A DNA stretch of 64,000 nt from Macrostomum lignano (lineage: Eukaryota). Below the pieces are notes generated by a model that was given only the letters and a program-made list of their open reading frames with translations, searched no databases and had not been told where the DNA came from. Below, piece after piece: positions 23,930-35,358 of the stretch (positions are counted from its first letter, which is position 1; each line of letters begins with the position of its first letter). The stretch covers positions 1-64,000 of the forward strand of contig NIVC01002867.1 of assembly GCA_002269645.1 (NCBI GenBank). The letters run 5' to 3'. Position numbers and translations under genes: made by a program.

Positions 23930-24895
23930 CAGTGCTGTGCTGGGGAGAATTACTGAGACGTCAAGGCTCACAGAGAATAACTGAGATTACAGGGGGGTTT
24001 CTGAGATGTTAAAGCAAAAGTCAGAAGCTACTTCAAAGTACATGTACTTTACTTAAGTTTTTTATTGCATTCTTTGTTGGCTTGCCACGGTGGGGGGGGC
24101 GCTGATAGAAGAAGAGTCATGTAAAAATAAAAGGAGCACTATGTATACATAAAATAAAAGTCATGTCAAAGTTAAAAGATTCATTTGGGAATTGCTACGA
24201 TGTCAAAGCTTGGAGGGAATCGTTATAGTGCTGTGATTCTTAAAGAAGGAATCACTTAAATGCCAAGGCTTAGGGAAGAAGAATTGCTGTGATTTCAAGG
24301 CTTTAGGTTGGGTGAAAGTTAGGTTTACGTCAGGTTTGGGTTGAGGGTTAGATTTTAGCGCGTTTCAAGGTTAACAGGGGATTTTTTAGATTTCAAGGTT
24401 TATGGGGGGCATCGCTGACATGTCAAGGCTTACGAGGGGAATCTATCTATCTATCTATAGCTGAGATGTCAAGGCTCACGGGGGAATAAATGAGATGTCA
24501 AGGCTAATGTCAGAAGCTACATGTAGTTTATTGGAAAAAAGTTATTACATTATTTGTTGGCTCCTCACGGGAGGGATCGCTGATAGAAAAAGCGTAATGT
24601 AAAAAAAAAAGAAGCTTCATGTCAAAGTTAAGAGATTCATTTGGGAATCCCTACGATGTCGAGGCTTGCAGGGAATCGCTATAATGCTGTAGTAGTGCTA
24701 TAGACTCTTAGAGAGAATTACTGAAATTTCAATGCTTTAGGGTTAGGGTTAGGGTTAGGGTTAGGGTTAGAAAATAGACAGATTTTTTAAGATTTCAAGG
24801 CTTGTGGGAGCATTGCTGAGATGTCAAGGGGGAGTTGATATGTTAAGGCTTGTGGGGGGGGGGATTGCTGACATGTCAAGGCTTACAAGGGTACT
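23930..24895 (+). repeat. Dispersed repeat family (gagatgtcaaggct units), internally duplicated; inverted relative at 63480-64000
   Basis: The reverse complement of 24041-24090 matches 63505-63550 (gccaacaaagaatg.aataaaaa..ttaagtaaa.tacatgt); shared ctgagatgtcaag unit. Confidence 0.7.
24737..24770 (+). repeat. Interstitial (TTAGGG)5 tract
   Basis: Direct reading. Confidence 0.9.
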
Positions 24896-26984
24896 GGTAG
24901 CGTACTGAAGCATACTGGTAGAAGTAGCTCTGAAAGAAGGCAAGTATGGTTGAATTTCAATGTCTGTTATAAAATTCTGCACAAACATGTTTTATTGGTA
25001 CATAAGCCTGGAATTAAAATGAGAATTCGATTCCTAGCCCCCCTCCCTAAGAATTTTTTTTCATTTAAAAGGATTCGTCCCTTGCTTATTGGCCACCCCG
25101 AAGGCCATTTTTTATCAAAAATGATAAAAATAATTTTTATCAAACACGTTGACATATACAGGGCTCTAAACTAAAAAACTGTAAAAAGTTGATAGTTTTG
25201 TTTTACCTAAAATGCGTTATTAACGATCTCCAAAAATTCCTATTTTAAGCTTAAGCTTAAGAAAGACACTTAAAGTACTCCTGCTAAAAGGTATATTATA
25301 TTAGACGAATATTAATTATTTCTGCTCCCCGAAGGGGGGCAAAACTTTAGCTAGTCCTATACTAAAAAAATTACAAAGTTGTAAAACTTGTTATTTCCAG
25401 TCACGTGACTTAAATGTACTCGCTAAGACCAAATGTACAGTCTTCTTATCTGTACAGAAATTACAGAAATTCTGTAAACACGTCCTAGGCCTAGGAAGGC
25501 CTAATCTGGGGGGGGGGTTGGTATAGCGGCGCCTAGCCCTGGATCAGGCGCTTTTCTGCAAATTGTAGACTCTTGTTTGTTTGCATTGTACTCTTATTAG
25601 ACTTAAATTTGATCCCTAAAAGACCTTTTTTAAATTTAAACTCCAATTTAAGCATTGAATTATTTTTAGTGTAAGGAAATTGAAAAAGCAGCTTTTAACA
25701 CAGAACTTACTTTTGTTCTGTGGCTTTTAACGCAAATAAAGTTTTACATTTTTCGAGTTTCATTTTTAGAAAAACACGCTGTATAACAAAACTGAGGAAA
25801 ATTTAATGTCCACATACCGGTAATCTGTAGTAAATTCACTTATAATAAAAATGCCATTTGCATCTGGGCCATATCTTAGGAACTTGACGTCTTAGCTAAA
25901 TTATTACTTTTCTGTTTATTTAAGGACTTTTAAACCAAGCATCGGCTCGGGAGGTCCATGATTCAATTCTAAACCTCGAAAGCATTTTCCCTTCCATTTT
26001 GGTAGTGCAAGCAAGCATTCGCTTTTTCGACTACTTTATCGGCTTTTGTGCTGAAAACGTGTGTGAAGCATACTTGGCGCATTACTGCATCCTGACATTT
26101 CATATCGCCTGCCATTTTAATTACATAGGCTAATGTAATTAAAGGCTAATGTAGGCTTACATGAAACTTTTGATTGTTGGTTAGCCGCGTGTCTATTTTG
26201 CTATCTGTCTGATCCTGTTAATATCTTATATATACTTCTACATTGTTACTTACAGTAGTCGAATGCACACCATATGATATATGATACGTACAACTGTAGA
26301 TTTTTGCATACTTGAATGCGCTTCGTTTCGTGATTTGTTATTAATACCTTTCGCTTCTAATATAAACGATTGGGATTATGATCAATACATGCATATTTGA
26401 ATCATTAGTGCATCGAAATTAAAAAAAAACTTTGCATAAGAAATAACTTTTGGCGATCAGGACAGCTTGATTTTTTTATTTTAGCTTTGATCCCTAATTT
26501 TGTTACTATAAGTAACAGCTAACGATTATTTTATTGTTTCGAAAAAAGTTCTTTTTATAGGTTTCTTTGGTAGTCAACACAATGTATTGTATTACAACCT
26601 TTATCATGAAGTGGCTCGCGATCGCGGTGCCAGTGAGAAAAGGAAAGTGCACTCGTTTATTTCTCTCAGCCCGTGGGCTCCTCAACTGTAACAAGACGCG
26701 TACAAATCAGAAGTGGCCATAGACAAATGGTAGATTTATCTGTAGGTTTGGAGATTAGACTATTTACGCACGAAGGAACCTAGTGATAGATTCATTGATT
26801 TATGGGCAAAGCATTCTTCTGGTTTTAGCCATAGACATGATTGGAATTTACCGCACGCATGGACTATAAGAGGGATAAGAGGGCTTTATAATTTATTTTA
26901 ATTAAGTGACAACAGCAATGGAAAATATTTTTGCCTGCGAACATGTAAGTTTCAGTCCTAAATTTCGGTACCTCGGCTGATAGA

Positions 26985-27345
26985 ATTAGTTCAGTAGCTC
27001 AGGTACTGAGACAGTAGCTTAGGCAGGATTAGCTCATTAGCTCAGGTAGAATTAGACCAGTAGCTCAGGTAGAATTGGGTCAGTAGCTCAGGTACTGAGA
27101 CAGTAGCTTAGGCAGGATTAGCTCATTAGCTCAGGTAGAATTAGACCAGTAGCTCAGGTAGAATTGGGTCAGTAGCTCAGGTACTGAGACAGTAGCTTAG
27201 GCAGGATTAGCTCATTAGCTCAGGTAGAATTAGACCAGTAGCTCAGGTAGAATTGGGTCAGTAGCTCAGGTACTGAGACAGTAGCTTAGGCAGGATTAGC
27301 TCATTAGCTCAGGTAGAATTAGACCAGTAGCTCAGGTAGACTTAA
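26985..27345. repeat. 89-bp tandem repeat x4
   Basis: gtactgagac recurs at ~27003, 27092, 27181 and 27270; built from agtagctcag submotifs. Confidence 0.9.
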
Positions 27346-28079
27346 ATAAATTTAATAAGTTGAATACGTGCGGGAATTTACAGCACGGTGGTTGGAATTT
27401 ACAGCACGGTGGTTGGAATTTACAGCACGGCTTGGGATTTACTGCACAGTCGCGTTATTGGTGAAGGATTGCTTTTTGGCCATAGACAATGAATAGTGTC
27501 AGCAATTTAAGAATGCTTGGCCATATGTCAATGATGCGTCTGTCTCTGGGCGGCACAATCAGCAATTTAGTCCTGCAAAATCCATGAACAATGAGTTTAC
27601 AGTCATTTTACATTTGCTAACAGTACAATATTCAAGATAAACATCCACACCAGTCGCGAAATGCCAGCGGTTTGAACTTTTCCCCATTTCCTTTCGAATT
27701 TGTTTACCAGGTTGACTGGAATTTTTCTTCTTTTCGCGCAGTGCGTCAGAGATTTTCTCGTTCTGGCGGGGAAGGGGATGGCGGATGATTTGGGGAACAT
27801 GATTTTCGTGCTTTGTGTTTCCGAATGTTAAAAGTGCAGGGACTGTTAGTTCACGTGCTCCTGTGCGTGTTATTGAATAGAATGTTTTTGTTGAATATTT
27901 ATCTACAGTCGGTGCTGACTGTTATAGAATGGCTGATATGATTGGACTGAGACTGGGAATCTAGTTATGAGATTCTAGTGGAGTTTTGAGAACATAAGGG
28001 TTGAGATTTTATTGGGATTGCGAATTAACGAATGAGATTCTACTGTGATGGACAATCTGATATTTAATTGGTACTTTTC

Positions 28080-28790
28080 AAATTATGAGATTCTACTTCA
28101 GTTTGAAAAATCTAAGTATGATAAGATTCTACTTGAGTTTGAGAATCTAATGGCGAGATTCTACTTCAGTTTGAGAATCTAAGGATGAGATTCTACTTGA
28201 GTTTAAAAATCTAAGGATGATAAGATTCTACTTGAGTTTGAAAATCTAAGGATGAGATTCTACTTGAGTTTAAAAATCTAAGGATGATAAGATTCTACTT
28301 GAGTGTCAGAATCTAAGGACGAGATTCTACTTCAGTTTGAGAATATAAGGATGAGATTCTACTTGAGTTTGAGAATATAGGGATGAGATTTTACTTCAGT
28401 TTGAGAATCTAAGGATGAGTTTCTACTTGAGTTTGAGAATCTAAGGATGAGATTCTACTTGAGTTTGAGAATATCCATGTTAGGATGAGATTCTACTTGA
28501 GCTTGTTTGAGGTTTAAAGGATGAGATTCTACTTGAGCTTGTTTGAGAGTTTAAGGATGAGATTCTACTTGAGCTTGTTTGAGGTTTAAAGGATGAGATT
28601 CTACTTGAGCTTGTTTGAGGTTTAAAGGATGAGATTCTACTTGAGCTTGTTTGAGGCTCTAAGGATGAGATTCTACTTGAGTTTGAGAATCTAAGGATGA
28701 GATTCTACGTGAATTTGAGAATCTAAGGATGGCATTCTACTTGAGTGGAGAATTTAAGGATGAGATTCTACTTGAGTTTGAGAATCTACA
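28080..28790. repeat. ~32-36-bp degenerate minisatellite
   Basis: gagattctacttgagtttgagaatctaaggat units. Confidence 0.85.
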
Positions 28791-30038
28791 TGTATACTTA
28801 AGGATAAGATTCTAACCTGGATTGAAGAAGTATTGATGAGGTTTTTTTATCAATGAATTTAAATATTTAATGACTACGAAATAGATGAACTGAAGTTTGG
28901 GAGGTCGATGTGAGTAATTTAACATTTTATTTTCAGCTACCTAAACCATTACTAATAAGACTACCGTTATACATTCGGTTCCAAAAGCAGTTTTTTACTT
29001 TGCAAAGTTTGCAAATTCAAAGAAAAAATCGTAGAGCATCAAAATACGCACAAATGAAGGCAAGGCAGAAGCAGAATTCGGCGAGAACTGAATAAATAAC
29101 TTTTGAACTGAATTTGATTTGCCTCTAGTTCTAGTGGCCTAGTCTAACACCTGGTATTACCTTCATCATCAGTCTTGGGACAGAATCTTTAATGACCTTT
29201 AACAAGAGACAGCAAAATGTTTAACGCAAAACAAAAATGGCTGATAAATAACACTGAGAGAGGTGAAACAGGTCAAACAAGGGCAACCCGGAACTTGATG
29301 CTGGGATAGACATTTGGATCCATGGTTGGCCTTTCAGGGGTGAAAAACATCGTCTATGCAGTAAAATCCTGTCTAACCCCTGGGGACGGTAAAAGTGCAG
29401 GTAAACACGCGGCACTCGGGGTAACCGGCTGACCAACGGTGCACCCTAGGGTGCGTTTCTTGTTTTTCTCTGCGTCAGAGATGGATAGTTGCACAGAAGA
29501 TAGGAATCTATTCCCCGTGACCAGACCAAGGGCGATTGGTGGAGGGAGTAACGTAAACATGTTTACGCTTTTCGGAAGTCACGGTCGTCTGCGGTTGCTA
29601 TGCAAAATGTTAAGGGTGCAGATTTTTTTCTGCCACTGGGTTCTTCTTTTAGCTGGGGCTGACGATTGATTGAGACTCGCTGAGATTCAGGATGAGATTT
29701 AGGGTGAGATTGAAGGTGTAGGATGAGATTGCAGGAAAAATGAATGCGACGTTTATGCAAAACACGGTCAACAAAAACACAACAAATGTTTCACCGACCT
29801 GTCATTTAAATTTTATAACTATTATAACAAACAATCAAAGCCATGACGTATTAAATATGTAGCAACGAACGATCTTGAGTATCATTTCAAGCAATGAGAG
29901 AGAGCTATATGAAGCTACAGGAAGTCAATAAGCGAACTGGGCTATAGGTTAGCGGTGAGCGATAAAGAGTCAGGGATTGAGTTTAGCTACAAAAAGCTAC
30001 TAGCAGAAGCAACAACCTCGGAGTCGGAGAGTCATAAA

Positions 30039-32258
30039 TCAGGGGGCCACCTGGTCGGCGGGGCCAGAGTAGATCTCAGAGAACAGCGGCGTCGGACTGA
30101 CGTCGCCCAGCCCGTTAAACAGAGTTTGCAGCGACGAATCGAATGTCCTGGACCATTCAAACAGAATGGCCAGCTCGCGCAATTTGTCGCGCCATTTGTC
30201 GGCGAATTCGTCGGCGAATGCGCGTCGAAGACAGGCGGACACGCGGACGAACAGGCGGACACAGATGTCGGCCAAGTCAGGCTCCTGGTTGTTGTCCAGC
30301 TCAGATAGGTCTAGCAGTTTGAGCAGCGAGTAGAGGCCAATTAGGGTTTGCCGAGACTCCAAAACGCGGTCAATGTAGGCAAAGTAGCGATCGTTGGCCG
30401 TGAGAGCCGACAGGCCAGGGATGAAGGATTTGTCGAGCTGGCTGATGCTCTTGTTGGGGTCGACGTTGTACAGGGTGCCTGCGATGCTCACCTGCTTGTC
30501 AAAGTGGTGGAAGGGTATCTTAGAGTCGTAGAGATTACAGCATCTCGATGAAGGTCCTGATGGATGGAGGACTGGGATAGAGACAGAGATGATTTCGACG
30601 CAGATGGAGACTTATACTCGTAACTACCTAGAATTAATAATCTGAGGCAGGGCTCGGCAAAATCCGGCCCGCTCAAGGTTTGTGTCTCTTCTCATGCAGT
30701 TCTTTTTCTTTCTCTCGCCTCTTCTCTCTCCCCGTCTCTCCTCTTCTATCTCTCCTCATTTCTCTCTCCTCTCTCCCCGTATCTCCTCTCTCCCCGTCTC
30801 TCCTCTCTTCTCCGTTTCTCCCCTCCTCTCTCCCTTTCTCTCTCCTCTTCTCTCCCTTCTCTACTCTCCCATTTTCTCTCATCTTACGTCCCATATTTTA
30901 TCTTTTCTACTTTCCTCTCTCATTTCCTTTCCATGGCCTGCAGCCATGAACTATATTTTCTGTCTGGCCCTTGAGGTAAAAAGTTTTTTATCTGATCTAA
31001 GGATTACCTGGACAATGAATATTCTATGGAGCTAAAATGCTCTATCAATATAAAAAAATTAAATAATCTCTAACAAACCTGCAGCTGCCCAGTGCTGCCT
31101 GACACCAGCCTGCTGCTGAACATTGGCACCAGCAGGGCGTGCAGCCTCAGTTTGACCAGCCGGACGCTGAACTCCTGTCGCCAGTCGGGCGCCGTCTCGG
31201 CCAGCAGAGTCGACTTGAAGAACAGCCGGCAGAACTGGATGACCGGCTGCATGAAAATCTCCAGCTGGCTGATCATGTCCTGCCAGCTGTCCAGCTGTTC
31301 GCTCAGCCCGCGACGAAGATCGTGCTTAATATCGAACGGCACCGATAGGTCGCAGTCGACGCACTCGGCCAGCCAGCCGGTCACCTGGCCGATGAACGCG
31401 GACTCTTCGTCGCGACGACGCGCTGACAAGTCGGCAGCGGCGGCAGCGGCGGCGGCGGCTGAGGCAGCGTCACCGTAGTAGAAGTTCAAGTTCGGGCAGC
31501 GGCGATTGTGGTTGTGGTCGCTGCCGAGTTCGTCGACGCCGCTGGTGGTACCGGCGCAACAGTCGATAATCTGGGAGAGAACTTCCTGCCAGTTTAGCTG
31601 AGACGGCTGCTGCTGCTGCTTGGTGTCCCTGGAGTCCGTGGCAGTTCAACTGAATTTTATTGTCTCTGGGTTTGAGCATCGTTTGTAGATACTATCTACC
31701 TCAAAACTGTCACGTTCATCCAGAGTTTTGGGCAACAAGTGTAAATTTGCATGCACCGTCCTATTCATCAAGCAAAGATTCCCACCAAAGAGAAAGTTAA
31801 TATAGCGGCTCATTTAAACACTGGCATTCAAGCGTTCAAAACTGCGCTCACCGTTCACTGTCATACTCAGCAGCAGTCGATGATCCGTCCGAGTCGTCAG
31901 AAAGTGCTGCCGCAGCCAACTCCGCAGGGGTGCCAGCGTCGTCTCCGTCGCCACCACCGGAAGCAGGCGTAGGAGCCGAATACAGCAACTCCAGCTGCAT
32001 GCCAACGGCTAGACATTTCTCAAATCGACAAGCCCGACAAGTGCGTCTAGTAGTGACCGTTATAAGGCAATTGCCGTCGCCATGGGAACAATCCAAATGT
32101 TTTTCGGCATTTCTACGAAAGAACGCTTTGCAGGACTCGCAGCAGATTTGACCGAAATTGAAAGTGGCAGCCAGATCGCCGCAGACGCGGCAATAACGCT
32201 GGCCTTCGCTAGGAGATCTGGCGTGGCGACGTCGCTTATGGGGCTTCTGGTCGGTCAT
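30039..32258 (-). CDS. Nuclear receptor, NR1J/HR96/DAF-12-like (3 exons, ~469 aa)
   Basis: Exons 32258-31852, 31628-31079 and 30491-30039 (GT-AG, phases 2,0). DBD CRVCGD...FNFGQICCESCKAFFRRNA...CLITVTTRRTCRACRFEKCLAVGM has the CESCKA P-box. The last exon ends with AF-2-like SPTPLFSEIY. Confidence 0.88.
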
Positions 32259-33256
32259 GACGTTGCCTGTTGGTTAAGATTTGAGCGCAAGTTTACAGTA
32301 GATAATGATTCAAGATGGGTTTCTGTAAGACCTATATATATTGCGGCGGGGCTCAGGACCGCAGCGAATGCTTATTGGACTGTGGATTTTCTGGCTTCTG
32401 AACTGAACTGAATGAGGGGGGGCAGGTAAACAGACAAAGTGGTCGGCTTAATTAAGTCGTAAATAAAAAGTGCGCCAATTAGTACAAATATTATTGGAAG
32501 ATAAGCCACGTGTATTGCATTGCATCAGCACGCGACAATTAGACTTGTGTCCGAATTACGGCTCAAATGAACTCCTCCAGATGATAACATTGATCTACGG
32601 ACCTTTTTAGAGAACGTTTAATTATTTAATAATAAAGCATGCAAATTTAAGGTAGAAAGTCATCTTCTGCCTTGTCTAACAGAGGGCAGTGGAGGGTTCA
32701 TCTGCACTCCGACTTTCCTGAGCACCAATCAAGCAAACCCCCTTCCTTATCTAATTAGCATGTACATGCTCATCCGTGCCTGCTCAAGAAGTCATATCCC
32801 AATTAAATTTGTCTCTCCGCCTAAACCCTCCTTTACTCAATCGTAACCTGTTGTCGATCCCACCTCTTCACGCTCTCACATTGAAGGGCCGCGCCTTCAA
32901 AACCATCTCTATGCTCAGCAACATTAAAAAGTCGCCACCCTTTGACCCTGGACAATCATTTTGATATTAAAATGCTTGAAAAAACAATGAAAACCGGGCG
33001 GAAGCTTCAATCCATTCAATCTTCGCCCTCCGCTCTTCCCAATCCCTCCTCACCCAGCCCAAACTCTGCGTCGCGTGGCCCAAGTTGCGTCACTCAAAAG
33101 TCCATACTGAGCTGGAATTTACCTATACTGCGCACTCTCAAAGGTGGCAACTTTTTAATGTTGTTGAGTATACTTACATATTTAGATTAACAGACTAGCG
33201 CTAACCCTTTAGTAGCTCCTACTATAGCTGTAGCTATGCTTTGTAGTTGTAGACAA

Positions 33257-33495
33257 GGATCCATGAGAATTGCCCGCCGAGGTTTGCTCGCAATGCTTTT
33301 TTTCCTGCAGTGCACTTTGTCAGGTTCTGTCTGCATTGCCCCCCCCCCAGAAAAAGCATTACGGGGAAAACAGCGGGAAAAAACTCGGCGGGTAATTCGC
33401 CCGACGGGAAAAATGCACTGGGGGCCAAATCTCGGCGGGAAAAGCTCGTCGGGCAAATCTCGGCGGGCAAATCTCGGCGGACAAATCTCCTGCCC
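33257..33495. mobile_element. Non-autonomous MITE related to the 5199-9456 MULE
   Basis: Left end ggatccatgagaattgcccgccgag resembles gggtccatgagacttgcccgc; right end has the gggcaaatctcg subrepeats; no clear TSD. Confidence 0.7.
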
Positions 33496-34440
33496 TGTCG
33501 ATTTTGGTCGGTCAGGCCCGTGGACCTGATGTCAACGGCGACCGCGGAGGAGGCGGCGGCGGCGGCGGCAGCTTCGTGTTCGTCGGCGGCGTCGGCGGTC
33601 GCCTTCTGGTCGCCGCGGAAGGCGGGGCGGAGCATCCCTTAGTCGAAATGGCAAGTGAAACTGCTTTGAACTGAACTCTCAAAGTGGAACGCATGAGCAG
33701 CTCCAGTTGCTCAGGACACACTTTACTGCACACGGGCAAGCGCTCATACGCCTGCTCACACTGGGTGTACGGCGGCCCATAACTATATTAAAGTACTATT
33801 AGTCTATGGGAACCAATTTTTTGAGAAAATTGTTTAAAACGTTAAAAGGCACGCGCATGACAACCGTTCGCTGCCCTAAATCAAACCTTTTTTGTTTCTC
33901 TTGCTGCCTCCTTCCATTCTTAAGCAAGTTTGATGGATTTTCCTTGCCATTCTTTGTATCGACCAGGCTCTTCCGGTCAGTCAGGCCCCAACGGAAGCGA
34001 CTCCACTTCTCTTATTCAATATGCCAGCTTCGGCGGCGCCAACGGCGACCCGGGCTTCAACGACCCCAGCAAGACCCCGGGAAACAGCCACCACGGAGGC
34101 TGCGGCGCCGGCTGGCTGGGCGGGCCAATAAATCAGAGACTGAGCACTGATGACGGAGACGGCGGTACCGGCCCCGCCGAAAGCTGCATGGACTGGCGGC
34201 CTCGCCGGCTCCGGCAGCGGCGGTGGCCGTCGAGGTGCCGCTGGTGCTGGCGGCGGCTTCAGCGGAGGCCGCGCCGGTCTCGGCCTGAACCACGCCGGAG
34301 GGGGCGGCGGCTCCGCCTGCGACGGCTTCGACTGCAGCGGCGTCACCGGCGGCAACTGCGGCAGCCAGCAGGGCCGGGTGGTGATGCAAATGGTGCCGGG
34401 GCTGTGCTGGTGCAGTCGTCAAGGAACAGATGGATTGGCA
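33496..34440 (+). pseudogene. Inverted, 5'-truncated copy of exons 3-4 of the glycine-rich gene
   Basis: Colinear with the reverse complement of ~36260-35350, including the intron start. Donor mutated GT>GC at 33651; 4-nt insertion/frameshift (gaaagc tgca tgg); in-frame deletions; stop TGA>TGG. Confidence 0.85.
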
Positions 34441-34448
34441 GGTGCGTG

Positions 34449-34715
<267 letters not shown>

Positions 34716-35117
34716 TCAGAACGTTATGAGCATAAAATGTTTCTATGAACGGTAAAATTGAATTCCTTTAAATGTTCTGGACAAATTGGCACTTGGATGA
34801 AGTTGAAGTAGAAATACAATTGCTAATGTTTCTTTTCAAAATTCTTCTGAAATACAAACTATCGTATGCTATAAGTCAGTTTTCACAGCATTTTTACGCT
34901 CGTAGTAAATTCAATAAACAAATAACTTTAAGATAGAGAACTTGGCGTTTTTACTAGTTTTCATCAAAAATACTGATAATTTGCCTCATTACCAGTTTTA
35001 ATTAATTAATTAATTAATTTGCCTACAAAGGTTATATTTTTTCAGCATTGAAAAAAATGTTTTTCGTCAATCTTCCACTCTGGTAACTATATAAAATTTA
35101 AGTATGGTGCCATACAG

Positions 35118-35355
<238 letters not shown>

Positions 35356-35358
35356 AGC

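Noticed and set aside
24737-24770. True telomere or chromosome-fusion scar
   Set aside because: Only ~5 units, embedded in a dispersed repeat, with no head-to-head inverted array.
25159-25541. hAT-like MITE with CAGGGCT/AGCCCTG ends
   Set aside because: Only a 7-bp inverted match and no TSD.
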